64,000 nt of DNA from Natronomonas sp. (GTDB taxonomy: Archaea; Halobacteriota; Halobacteria; Halobacteriales; Haloarculaceae): positions 495 to 64,494 of the forward strand of contig NZ_JAWODL010000031.1 in assembly GCF_046483325.1 (NCBI RefSeq), in the 5' to 3' direction. The notes below the pieces were generated by a model, which saw only the letters and a list, made by a program, of their open reading frames with translations, was not told where the DNA came from and made no database searches. Made by a program: the position numbers and the translations under genes. This document shows, piece by piece, positions 20,453-29,974 of this stretch. Position 1 is the first letter of the stretch. Every line of letters starts with the position of its first letter.

Positions 20453-21925
20453 ATGAGCCGGACGCCGACACACGATCGAGCCGTCAACGTCACCGACGGC
20501 GATCTGATCAAGCCGCTGATCGTTCTGTCGGTTCCGATCATTCTCACGAACGTGTTGCAGGTCGGCTACAACCTCGCCGATACGTTCTGGGTCGGCCGAC
20601 TCGGCCAGCCCGCGGTCGCGGCGCTGTCGTACTCGTGGGCGATCGTCTTTTTGATCATCAGCCTCTCGCTCGGCTTTTCGGTGGCCGGGACGGTGTTGGT
20701 CGCCCAGTACAAAGGGGCGGGCACCATCGATCGCGTGAGCCGGGTCGCCGGACAGACGATCACCGTCATCGTGGGCGTCTCGGCGGTGTTCTCGGTCGTG
20801 GGCTTCGCGCTCGCACCGACCCTGCTGGAGTTGGTCGGTGCGGTCCCCGGCTCCGCCGAGCACCGACTCGCCGTCGAGTACACCCGGACGATGTTCGTCG
20901 GCATCCCGTTTATCTTCGGCTTCTTCGTGTTCCAGTCGCTGTTGCAGGGATGGGGTGACACCCGAACGCCACTGTATCTCATGACGTTCGGCGTCGCGTT
21001 GAACGTCTTCATCGACCCGTTCTTTATTCTCGGCTTTCAGGACAACGCTCTGTTCGCGTGGATCGGCCTCGAGGGGCTGGAGGCGACGCTCTACGAGGCG
21101 ACCGGGTTCGCCGGGTTCGGCGTCCAGGGTGCGGCGCTCGCGACGATAACCGCGCGTGGTATCGGTGCGGCGATCGGCTTTTGGCTGCTCTTTTCGGGCT
21201 CCGTCGGCATCGAACTCTCCCTGTCGGATCTCCGCCCGGAGGCGGAGACGATCCGCAATCTCGTCCGCATCGGCGCGCCAGCCAGCGTCGAGGTCAGCAC
21301 GAGCGCTTTGAGCGTGACGGTGCTGACCGCGCTCGTCGCCATCGCCGGCTCGGACGCCGTCGCAGCCTACGGGATCGGCTCGCGGGTTACCTCGATGGTC
21401 GTGTTGCCGGCGCTCGGGCTCGCTCGCGGGGTCGAGACCGTCGTCGGGCAGAACCTCGGTGCCGAACAGGCCGACCGCGCCAAACGTGGCGTCGCCGCCG
21501 CCGTGGTGATGATCACGGGGAGTCTGCTCCTGTTCAGCCTCGCGATCTACACCCTTGCGGACCCGATTATCGGAATCTTCATCCAGGGACCGGGCGCGGC
21601 GACCGTCACTCGGATCGGCGGGGAGTATCTCCGCATCGTCGGCACGACGTACGTCTTTTTGGGCGTATTCTACGTCGTTCAGGGCGGGTTTCGCGGGAGC
21701 GGGAGCACCCGACTCGCGATGATCTTCGCGTTCTTCGGGTTCATCGTTTTCCGGGCCGCGTTTGCGTACCTGCTCGCGGTCCCCGGGGGCTTCGGCGCGA
21801 CCGGAATCTGGTACGGCGAGGCGATCGCGAACGTCTCGATGATGCTACTGGCCGGTGGCTACTTCCTCCGAGGAACGTGGGCGAATCGCGTGATCGACGA
21901 CCCCGAATCGGGAACGCCGGCGTGA
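20453..21925 (+). CDS. MATE family efflux transporter
   Basis: YNLADTFWVG, GDTRTPL, two-repeat 12-TM layout. Confidence 0.9.
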   Translation: MSRTPTHDRAVNVTDGDLIKPLIVLSVPIILTNVLQVGYNLADTFWVGRLGQPAVAALSYSWAIVFLIISLSLGFSVAGTVLVAQYKGAGTIDRVSRVAGQTITVIVGVSAVFSVVGFALAPTLLELVGAVPGSAEHRLAVEYTRTMFVGIPFIFGFFVFQSLLQGWGDTRTPLYLMTFGVALNVFIDPFFILGFQDNALFAWIGLEGLEATLYEATGFAGFGVQGAALATITARGIGAAIGFWLLFSGSVGIELSLSDLRPEAETIRNLVRIGAPASVEVSTSALSVTVLTALVAIAGSDAVAAYGIGSRVTSMVVLPALGLARGVETVVGQNLGAEQADRAKRGVAAAVVMITGSLLLFSLAIYTLADPIIGIFIQGPGAATVTRIGGEYLRIVGTTYVFLGVFYVVQGGFRGSGSTRLAMIFAFFGFIVFRAAFAYLLAVPGGFGATGIWYGEAIANVSMMLLAGGYFLRGTWANRVIDDPESGTPA

Positions 21926-21934
21926 CCGGATCGG

Positions 21935-22609
21935 CTACTCGAACGCCTTCAGAATTCCCTGGCCGCCTGTCGGGGCGATATCCGGGAGCGTGGCGCGTTC
22001 CGGGTGCGGCATCAAGACGGCGACGGTGTCGCTCGCGCCCGTGATCCCCGCGATGTTGTGCTTCGATCCGTTCGGGTTGGCCTCGTCGGTGACCCCGCCG
22101 TCGGCGTCGCAGTACCGAAAGAGGACGCGGTCGTCGTCCTCGAGTGCGGCCAGTCGATCGTCCTCTATCTCGAAACGCCCCTCACCGTGGGCGATCGGCA
22201 CTTCGATCACCTCACCCGCTTCGTAGGCGTCGGTCCAGGGCGTGTCCGCGTTTTCCACCCGCAAGTGGACCGGTTCACACTGGAATCTGGCGCTCCGGTT
22301 CGTGGTGAACGCGCCGGGAGTGAGGCCGCTCTCGGAGCCGATCTGTGCGCCGTTACAGACGCCGAGCACGGGAGTCCCCGCGTCGGCGGCCGCCCTGACT
22401 TCGTCGATGATCGGCGTTCGGGCGGCCATCGCGCCGGCCCGGAGGTAATCGCCGTAGGAGAATCCGCCGGGAATGACGATGCCGGAGGGGTCGTCCGAGA
22501 GACCGTCTGCGTGCCAGACGATCTCGGCGTCGATCCCGAGGTACTCGAGCGCGCGCAGGGCGTCGCGGTCGCAGTTCGAGCCGCCGAAGCGGATAACGGC
22601 GACGGTCAC
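21935..22609 (-). CDS. purQ: Phosphoribosylformylglycinamidine synthase glutaminase subunit
   Basis: GGFSYGDYLRAG, LGVCNGAQ, PIAHGEG, NPNGS, MPHPER. Confidence 0.95.
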   Translation of the reverse strand: MTVAVIRFGGSNCDRDALRALEYLGIDAEIVWHADGLSDDPSGIVIPGGFSYGDYLRAGAMAARTPIIDEVRAAADAGTPVLGVCNGAQIGSESGLTPGAFTTNRSARFQCEPVHLRVENADTPWTDAYEAGEVIEVPIAHGEGRFEIEDDRLAALEDDDRVLFRYCDADGGVTDEANPNGSKHNIAGITGASDTVAVLMPHPERATLPDIAPTGGQGILKAFE

Positions 22610-22665
22610 AGTGAGCCTCCCGTGGGCGAATCGAGCGTTCTGATCGTGGTGAGCGAAACGGTCAT

Positions 22666-22917
22666 CTACGCCTCGGCGATCTCGACTTCGTAGTCGTGGA
22701 TGGTCGGATTCGCCAACAGCCGCTCTGCCATCTCGGTGGCTCGCGATTCAGCGGCGGCGAGATCGTCGGCATCCAGGTCTACCTCGAATCGGTCTGCCGA
22801 TCGGAGATCTTCGAGTTCGAACCCGAGCCGTTCGAGCGCCTGCTTCGTGGTTTCGGCTTCGGGATCGAGGACACCCCGTTTCAGCCGAACGATCACGGTC
22901 GCGGTGTAGGCGGTCAT
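22666..22917 (-). CDS. purS: Phosphoribosylformylglycinamidine synthase PurS subunit
   Basis: LKRGVLDPEA, LLANPTIHDY. Confidence 0.93.
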   Translation of the reverse strand: MTAYTATVIVRLKRGVLDPEAETTKQALERLGFELEDLRSADRFEVDLDADDLAAAESRATEMAERLLANPTIHDYEVEIAEA

Positions 22918-23035
22918 ACGTGAGAAAGCGCGTTCGTGCGTCAAAACGGTTGTGGGTTCGTTTTGTTATACACGAATATGTGTATGCTCTCCCTCCCGGC
23001 ACTCGATCACCGTCCGTGACCCGATGCACGCGCTC

Positions 23036-24883
23036 TCAGCCCATCCCGGCCCCCGCGAAGACCAGATAGCAGATCACGACGAGCGCCGACGAGTGCAACA
23101 GCGCCTCATAGCGCCCTCGGGAGGCGACGCCGGCGAACCAGCCACACGCGAGCATCGTCGCCTGCGTGACGAGATAGGATCGCCAGCTATCGCGTTCGAC
23201 GTCGACCGCGACGCTTTGGGGAGCAGTCGCCAGATGTGCCATTCCGTCGAGGACGTACGCGTTCACGGCGACGACGAGGCCGATGATCACTATCGCCAGC
23301 GTCCATCCGATGACGACGTAGACCAACATCGCCGATCGAAGTTTCTTTCGCCGATGGTACAGCGAGCCAACCTCGACCTGCAGCGCCTCGAACGTGGTCT
23401 CGACGTCGCTGCCGACCTCTAACGCACCGGTGAGCAGCCCGACGGTCTGCGCTGCCAGCGGCGTTCCGATACGTTCGGCGAACCGATCGAGCGCCTCCCG
23501 CTGGGTGGCCGTCCCGTCGGTCCCGGTCGTCAGTCCGAGTCGGAAGGCGAGATCCTCGACGTCGCCGTGCAGCGGGCCGAAGCTCTCCTCACCGGCGACC
23601 GCCTCGACCGCGGCGGCGAACGGTTTCCCGAGCCCCACGTGTCCGGCGACGACGTACACGAAATCGCGCAGCGACCGATCCATCGCGTCGTCGAACTGCT
23701 CGCGTTTTACCGCGACAGCACCGACCGGAAACCCGTATGCGGCGTAGCTCAACAGGACGACGTTTGCGGCCGGCGCGTCGAGCAGCCACAGGAGCCACGC
23801 CACAACCACGGCGGGGAACGCGAACGCGAACGCTGCGCTCGCCGGATTCGTCGTTGTCGTCCGTATCGTGTCGACGCCCGCCGGTCGCTCGTAGCTCCGG
23901 CCGTGCGTCGACGGCCGCAGTTCCGAGACGAGGAGTGCGGCACACAGGCCGACCCCGATGATGAACGTCACGCTCCCGTAGACCAGCACCGATCGGAGCG
24001 TCGGTTCACCCGCGATCCCGAGATCGACCGTCGACGACAGCCCCGGAGTGAGCACGCCAAGCACTGTCACGGCCACGACGATCAGCGCGGGCAAGACGAG
24101 CAACACGACGAACAGCTCGGCGAGCAACTCGAGGTAGTCGCCGGACCGCTGGCGAGCCCGCGAGCGTCGGTGCGACAACAGCTGTGACTTCATCCGGAGA
24201 TACTCCTCGAGCGAGTCCGATCCCTGGCTGGCGTGCTTGCGGAACTGTAACAGGAACGGCGATAGGAGCTCTCTCGACGGCGTATCTTTGGCGACACGTC
24301 GGAGACCGGTATCGAGGCTCCCCGTCAGCACAGCCGTTTCGAGCACCCGTTCGAGCGCAACTCCAGTCTCGCCGTACGCGTCCCGCGACGCGACACTCCG
24401 GAGCATCTCCCGTCGACTGTCGCTCCCGTCGGCGAGCGTCCGCAGGTAGCGAACCGCCCCCGTGACGGTGCGTTCGATGCTCGCCCGCCGGGCGTTCGAC
24501 CGCCACCGGAGGTACGTACCTCCCGCCGTGATCGTGAGGCGCTTTGCGAGCGCTCCGCAGCCGGCGGCGACGGTGCTCACGACGTATCCCGGCGAGAGAG
24601 CCAGAACGGGACTATCTCCCGGAAGAACGCCCACGACGTTGACGAGTGCCGGACCGGCCGAAGCGTGCCCGACCACGAGCACCACCCCACCGACACACGC
24701 GCCGATGACCCACGAGAGGGCGTAGAGCCGCGCGAGATACAGTTCGAACGTGATCGGGAGGTTAGTTCCCCGGTATCGCTCCCGATCGATGCCGTGACGT
24801 GCGCGATCCGCGTGTCGCGAAAACAGCGCGTACACCCGCCGATCGATCCGCGCCGTCACCGAGTCGGTCCGGCGGTTACTCAT
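23036..24883 (-). CDS. Type II secretion/type IV pilus membrane platform protein (PilC/TadC/FlaJ-like, two T2SSF repeats)
   Basis: Two repeats of cytoplasmic domain plus TM bundle; directly downstream of the ATPase. Confidence 0.78.
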   Translation of the reverse strand: MSNRRTDSVTARIDRRVYALFSRHADRARHGIDRERYRGTNLPITFELYLARLYALSWVIGACVGGVVLVVGHASAGPALVNVVGVLPGDSPVLALSPGYVVSTVAAGCGALAKRLTITAGGTYLRWRSNARRASIERTVTGAVRYLRTLADGSDSRREMLRSVASRDAYGETGVALERVLETAVLTGSLDTGLRRVAKDTPSRELLSPFLLQFRKHASQGSDSLEEYLRMKSQLLSHRRSRARQRSGDYLELLAELFVVLLVLPALIVVAVTVLGVLTPGLSSTVDLGIAGEPTLRSVLVYGSVTFIIGVGLCAALLVSELRPSTHGRSYERPAGVDTIRTTTTNPASAAFAFAFPAVVVAWLLWLLDAPAANVVLLSYAAYGFPVGAVAVKREQFDDAMDRSLRDFVYVVAGHVGLGKPFAAAVEAVAGEESFGPLHGDVEDLAFRLGLTTGTDGTATQREALDRFAERIGTPLAAQTVGLLTGALEVGSDVETTFEALQVEVGSLYHRRKKLRSAMLVYVVIGWTLAIVIIGLVVAVNAYVLDGMAHLATAPQSVAVDVERDSWRSYLVTQATMLACGWFAGVASRGRYEALLHSSALVVICYLVFAGAGMG

Positions 24884-27047
24884 CGTCGTCTCTTTGTCGA
24901 TGGATCCGCTCTACGGTCGCCGCCTCGTTCGTCCGAAGATCGTTCAAGAACCCAAAGAACGCGTCGTGATCGGAGATCCCCTCGCGAACCAGGTACTCAA
25001 CGTACCCGTGCTTTCGGTGAAACTCCGCTTCGACGTCCGATACGACGCGGTTCGTTCGCGTCGCGAGCCGATCGAGTGTCCGCAACTCCCGCGTGCTCGT
25101 CGGATCGCCGAGTTTCGGATGTCGGTAGGCGAACGTCCACCCGTCCTCTGCGGTTCGATGTGCGACCCGGTTGTAGTGGATCGCACCTCCCGGCGCGGCT
25201 ACCGTCTCGGTCGGGCAGACTAACTGCTCGGCTTCGTCCTCGGAGAGCACTTCGACCGCCGTCTCGACGTAGCGGTCACCATCCACGTGCGTGGGAACCA
25301 CGATGAGGTCGATCTTCGACAGCAGGTGGGTCGGGAGTCCCTTTTCGACGAGTCGATTGAGAAACGCGTCGACGTTCTCGGCCCGCGTGGTCCCCAACAT
25401 ACCGCGTCCGGTCCGCAGCACCGACCCGAAGGCGTCGAAGGATGCCGAGGCATCGATTTCGGCGATGACGTCGATATCCGGATTCAGATCACCCGTCTCG
25501 GTCAGTAGATCAGATACCGAGACCCCCTTGAACTCGTCTCGGTGTTCGCGGCTCACGAGCGACACGCCGGTCTCGTGCGGGACGTGCACGTCTTTCGCCC
25601 CGCTATCGATACTTATCGGCCGGGCATCGTAATCGACGAACGGCAGGTGTGCGTTGAGTAGCGTGGTCTTTCCGACGCCCGTCGGCCCGGAAAAAAGCAC
25701 GACACCGGCGTGTTTGTACAGCATCCAAAGGAGCGTAACGAGCGCAGTCGAGATCGAACCGGAGTCGATCAGATCGACCGGAGTAAGCGCCTCCGGGGCC
25801 TGTTTTCTGATGGAGACGTGCGGCCCCCCCTCCGATACCGCCGGGAGCGCGACGGCACATCGAATCGGCTGGTCGAGCCCGTCGGGTTCGATCGTGATCT
25901 TCGCGGTCGGTCGGTTCGCCGAGAGTTCCACGCCGTCGTCCGCGGCTAATTGGGTGACCACGTTGACGAACGCGGTTTCGGACTCGAAGGCCAGGTTGGT
26001 CGGCTCGCGCCCGCTTCCGCGGGGAACGACTTTGATGCGCTCCCCGACGCGGTTCGCCTCGATGTCTTCCAAGTTCGGATCCCGGATCGGGATCGTGAGC
26101 TGTCCGTAGCCGATCAGATCCCGCAGAACGTAATAGACGAGGTCGTCGATTCGATCGTCCGAAAACCGTCGATCGACCGATGAGACGGCGAGATCGTACG
26201 CGGCGAGCGTTGCGTTCGCCCCGTGTCGGAGCGTCCGAATCCACGTGTCGGTGTTCGTCGCCCCCAGCCGTCTCGACACGAGCTGTCGACTCCGCTCCCG
26301 GACGGCCCCTAGGCGGTCCTCGAACGCCGCCTCGTCACCGATTCCGTCGACGCCACCGTCCCAAATCTGGGCTTTACATTCGGCGATGAGTTCGTCGTCG
26401 CCGGGGAGCCGATCTGGCTCGAGCACCGCGTATTTCCGCTCGAAGGGGTCGCCGCCGAGGACCCGTTCGCGGTATCGCACGACCGGGAGTTCGTAGCCGG
26501 CGAACTCGACGGTGTAGCGCTCGATCCGCTCGGCGGTGAAACGTTCGGCGAACGTCGCGTCCTCGATGCCCGTTTTGGCGGGAGCGTAATCGGTGAGGTG
26601 AACCGCCAGTTCGTCCGCGGTATCGTCACTGACTTCCACCTTCGTGTCGAGTGCGTGCGGCGTCAGCGTTCCCAGACATCGCAACTCGGCGAGCGCGTGG
26701 TATTCGAGGCGCCGACGCCCAGCAGGTCGACACGACGTGATGCGATCGATGATTCGCTCGTACCGCTCGTCGAAGCCGGCTTCGAACCGCTCTGCGGTCC
26801 CCTGTCGGGTTCGCGGTCGACGCAACTTCGCGTCGGCGAAGTGCTCCGAAACGGCTCGCAGATCCGCTGCGTCCGAGGCCGAAAGCGACGGCTCGCGAAC
26901 GTCGTAGGAAAACCCGCTCCCGTCCGCTTCGACCGTCGCGACGACGCCCGGAACGATCTCGTACTGGTCGTGCACGTCGGGAGCGTACCACGCCCCGTGG
27001 TCGTCCGGCGGTACCGGATTGGGTACTATCGGTATATCAACGTCCAT
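24876..27047 (-). CDS. Type II/IV secretion-system ATPase (PilB/FlaI/TadA-like), with motif substitutions
   Basis: EDIEAN, GGPHVSIRK, GPTGVGKTT Walker A. Confidence 0.82.
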   Translation of the reverse strand: MDVDIPIVPNPVPPDDHGAWYAPDVHDQYEIVPGVVATVEADGSGFSYDVREPSLSASDAADLRAVSEHFADAKLRRPRTRQGTAERFEAGFDERYERIIDRITSCRPAGRRRLEYHALAELRCLGTLTPHALDTKVEVSDDTADELAVHLTDYAPAKTGIEDATFAERFTAERIERYTVEFAGYELPVVRYRERVLGGDPFERKYAVLEPDRLPGDDELIAECKAQIWDGGVDGIGDEAAFEDRLGAVRERSRQLVSRRLGATNTDTWIRTLRHGANATLAAYDLAVSSVDRRFSDDRIDDLVYYVLRDLIGYGQLTIPIRDPNLEDIEANRVGERIKVVPRGSGREPTNLAFESETAFVNVVTQLAADDGVELSANRPTAKITIEPDGLDQPIRCAVALPAVSEGGPHVSIRKQAPEALTPVDLIDSGSISTALVTLLWMLYKHAGVVLFSGPTGVGKTTLLNAHLPFVDYDARPISIDSGAKDVHVPHETGVSLVSREHRDEFKGVSVSDLLTETGDLNPDIDVIAEIDASASFDAFGSVLRTGRGMLGTTRAENVDAFLNRLVEKGLPTHLLSKIDLIVVPTHVDGDRYVETAVEVLSEDEAEQLVCPTETVAAPGGAIHYNRVAHRTAEDGWTFAYRHPKLGDPTSTRELRTLDRLATRTNRVVSDVEAEFHRKHGYVEYLVREGISDHDAFFGFLNDLRTNEAATVERIHRQRDDDE

Positions 27048-27188
27048 CCGTTCCGTTCTGTCCGCCGGGGTTAGTTAAAGGCTCGTGGCGTAACGCGAAC
27101 GAACACGCGGTCGGATTGTGTGTCAGGCCGTGCCGTTCACGATCCGCGCTCCCCACGCCTTTTTGCGTTCCGCCCCCGGATGACCAGT

Positions 27189-27518
27189 ATGGCAGACGAT
27201 TCTGAGAAGGCGTTCGACGACGAGCGACAGAACGCACGGGAACTACTGGACGACGAGTCGATCACCGCGTTTTATCTGGGTGTCATTCGCGACGGCGAGA
27301 CCGCCGATACGACGTTCGCCCAGACCGCCGATGATCCCGAACAGGAGGGGCTACAGGCGTTGTCGTTGCTCGCGACGCACGTTCGGATCGTCTCGAACGA
27401 AGCCGGTGTCGATCCGGCGACGGTCGCCGGGGACGCGGCCACGCTCGCCGGCCGGATGGAGGAACTCTCGCCGGAGGGGTTGGCAGATGTCGAGGACGAC
27501 AGGCATGCAGACTTATAA
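27189..27518 (+). CDS. Small acidic hypothetical protein
   Basis: Acidic haloarchaeal composition, clean ATG-TAA frame. Confidence 0.65.
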   Translation: MADDSEKAFDDERQNARELLDDESITAFYLGVIRDGETADTTFAQTADDPEQEGLQALSLLATHVRIVSNEAGVDPATVAGDAATLAGRMEELSPEGLADVEDDRHADL

Positions 27519-27602
27519 GTAATCCTGTTATTAATATTTATATGTGATTTCGGCACTGTTCGCATATATGATGAATTAATATCATTAGAAGTGGGTTCCA
27601 CT

Positions 27603-27894
27603 GGTACCGCCCAGTTTAGGACCTTGTCGGCTGGCGTTCGTCCGTCGAGCGATTGATACGGTCTGCAGTGATTGCAGGAATGCGCAAGCTGTTCAATAGA
27701 TCCGCGTGTGCTTGACCACTCATCCACGGATTACGGAAGCAATCAACTCCTATGTTGCGTGTGGAACCACTCTTCGACCAGTTCGGCCCGATTACGTCGG
27801 GCCGATCGTCCCATCCTAATCGATTGAACGATGTCTGATAGTCGGAGCCACCAACGAACTGCTCGCTTCTCAGTTGGATTAACTAAACAGTGCC
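27603..27894 (-). mobile_element. Internally deleted IS6-family element (MITE-like) with 8-bp target-site duplication
   Basis: Ends GGCACTGTTTAG (27894 inward) and GGTACCGCCCAGTTTAG (27603); GTTCCACT at 27595-27602 and 27895-27902; relic peptide CNHCRPYQSLDGRTPADKV matches the IS6 transposase C-terminus. Confidence 0.8.
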
Positions 27895-28200
27895 GTTCCA
27901 CTACGTACGAACCGCCTGATCACTCCGAAATGAACCGATGGTCTCCGATCTGTTTGCTTTACCCGCTATCGCTCACGTCTGAAGTGTCCTGTACGTGTTC
28001 GGTTAGTTTCTCGTTCTTCCCCCCGGGATGTAGGTAGTGTACTGACCTCATCCGATAAATATAATAAAATTGTTACTTATAAGTTAATATACTTTCACTT
28101 ATATTTATTTACTCGTACCAAAATATATACTAAAGATTTCGGGGAGGGAACTCTCCGGCGTAATTGTTTTATGTATCGATAGCGCTTGTCTCGAAAACGC

Positions 28201-29007
28201 ATGAAACGCTTAGCTGGAAAGACCGCCGTAGTCACCGGGTCGAGCACGGGACTCGGACAGGGGATCGCGGAGCGATTCGCCGAAGAGGGAGCGAACGTCG
28301 TCACGAACGCACGGTCTACGGAACGGGCAGCGGCCACTGCGGAGGCGATCCGTGACTCCGGTGGTGAGTCGATCGGCGTGGGTGCGGATGTAACCCGAAA
28401 AGCGGACGTGATCGAACTCATCGAGACGGCCGTCGAGACGTACGGTTCGATCGACATAATGGTAAACAACGCCGGCACCACGGTCGAAAAGCCGCTCATC
28501 GAGCAGACACCAGCGGAGTGGCGCTCCGTCATCGAGACGAATCTCACGGGGACGTTTTTCGGCTGTCAGGTCGCTGGCGAACACATGCTCGACACCGACG
28601 ACGACTGCCAGATAATCAATATGAGCAGCATCTACGGTAGCGGTGGCGTGCAAGGCCGTGCACCGTACAACGCGTCGAAAGCCGGTATCGAGAACCTCAC
28701 TCGAAACGTCGCCGTCGAACTCGCCGATGGCAGCGTGCAGGTGAACGCGCTCGCCCCCGGCTACATCAGAACAAGATTGGCGGAAGCGCCGTGGGGGGAA
28801 TCGATCGAGGACCACCCTGAGTGGCCCTACTACGAGTACGCGGACGAACACATCGAAAACAGGACCCCACTCGGTAGGTTCGGCACGCACGAGGCGGTCA
28901 ACAACTGTGCGGCCTTTCTGGCCGCGGGTGAGCACTACATGACTGGCGAAGTTTTAACGCTCGACGGTGGCTGGATCGCGTTCGGCTGGGGGAGCAAGAG
29001 CCGGTAG
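28201..29007 (+). CDS. SDR-family oxidoreductase (FabG-like)
   Basis: TGSSTGLG, NNAG, SS, YNASK, NALAPG. Confidence 0.9.
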   Translation: MKRLAGKTAVVTGSSTGLGQGIAERFAEEGANVVTNARSTERAAATAEAIRDSGGESIGVGADVTRKADVIELIETAVETYGSIDIMVNNAGTTVEKPLIEQTPAEWRSVIETNLTGTFFGCQVAGEHMLDTDDDCQIINMSSIYGSGGVQGRAPYNASKAGIENLTRNVAVELADGSVQVNALAPGYIRTRLAEAPWGESIEDHPEWPYYEYADEHIENRTPLGRFGTHEAVNNCAAFLAAGEHYMTGEVLTLDGGWIAFGWGSKSR

Positions 29008-29017
29008 GGGTCCGCGA

Positions 29018-29857
29018 TCAGGAGCGATCGATCGAACCGAACCGACCGTCGATGTCGACGTCGAACCAGTACACCGTATCGTCACCCCACGCGGTCTGCT
29101 CGTCGATTTCGAACTGTTCTTCGAGTGCGTCGACGTCGGTCGCCTCGACGAGAAACGCACACGGTAACAGCGCGTCGTGGCGGTCGATCCGCTCTGCCAG
29201 CCACGAATCATCTTCGAGCGGTTCGGCGATCGTCGCGGCCGTCCCCCCGATCGAGGCGACCCGCGCACCGAACGCCTCCTCGCGTCGGATCTCGGCTTCG
29301 GCTCCGTCGTAGAACTCCTCGAACGCTTCGACCGTCTCGTCGAACCGATCGGTCCCGATCACCACGTCGGTCAACCCCATGATCCCCGTCGTCTTCGGAT
29401 CCGTGGTGATATCGACCCGCCACTCAAGCGGGGTGTGATCCATCTCCAACATCGGGAGCGGCGTTCCCTGTGGTCGCCCGCCGACGATCGTCAGCTCCCA
29501 CTCGACGCTCTTCCCGTCGGGCCGGTCCCTGGAAAACTTCGTCGGTCCCTCGATATCTATCCCCTCCGCGGCGAGTTCTTCGCTGCGCGCGGCGATGTCG
29601 TCGACGGTGATCGACCACGCGGTCGCGCCCGCGTCGGAATCGATCTGCTCGTTCCACCACGGGGCGGTTCCGTTCGGATCGTTCTTGGAGATGAGTTCGA
29701 TGTACGATCGATTACCGAATCCGATGAGATGCATGTGGGTGATGCCGTTCGAGTGCGTGCCGCCGTAGGCGGTCTCGAACCCGGCGGCTTCGAACGATTC
29801 TTGCAGCACGTCCAGATCCCGTCCAGCGAAAACGACATGATCGATGGGTCTTTTCAT
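29018..29857 (-). CDS. VOC/glyoxalase-like domain protein
   Basis: IDHVV, GGTHSNGITH, SYIELI, GRSVEW-like turn. Confidence 0.78.
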   Translation of the reverse strand: MKRPIDHVVFAGRDLDVLQESFEAAGFETAYGGTHSNGITHMHLIGFGNRSYIELISKNDPNGTAPWWNEQIDSDAGATAWSITVDDIAARSEELAAEGIDIEGPTKFSRDRPDGKSVEWELTIVGGRPQGTPLPMLEMDHTPLEWRVDITTDPKTTGIMGLTDVVIGTDRFDETVEAFEEFYDGAEAEIRREEAFGARVASIGGTAATIAEPLEDDSWLAERIDRHDALLPCAFLVEATDVDALEEQFEIDEQTAWGDDTVYWFDVDIDGRFGSIDRS

Positions 29858-29974
29858 GTGGCTACCTGTCGTTTGGCGGGTTCTGGCAAAAACGTATCCC
29901 CCATCGAGCGTCGCGGTCTCGCTCACGCCACCCGTCGGAACGCCTATTTATGTGTGCGGTGCACATCCAACGTA

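Noticed and set aside
21935-22917. purS-purQ without purL
   Set aside because: Split pur genes are usual in haloarchaea; not unusual.
27595-27608. GTTCCACTGG resembles an archaeal origin-recognition box
   Set aside because: Better explained as the IS6 target duplication plus element end; no G-string and no orc/cdc6 gene.
27831-28037. 68-aa + strand ORF across the IS end and spacer
   Set aside because: Non-acidic, spans the element boundary, no motif.
29177-29974. Long N-terminal extension of the 811-aa ThDP ORF (likewise 56986-57924 for the ABC exporter and 45327-45794 for the binding protein)
   Set aside because: Extensions overlap opposite-strand genes or pseudogenes and are Arg-rich; true starts are at 29975, 57925 and 45326.
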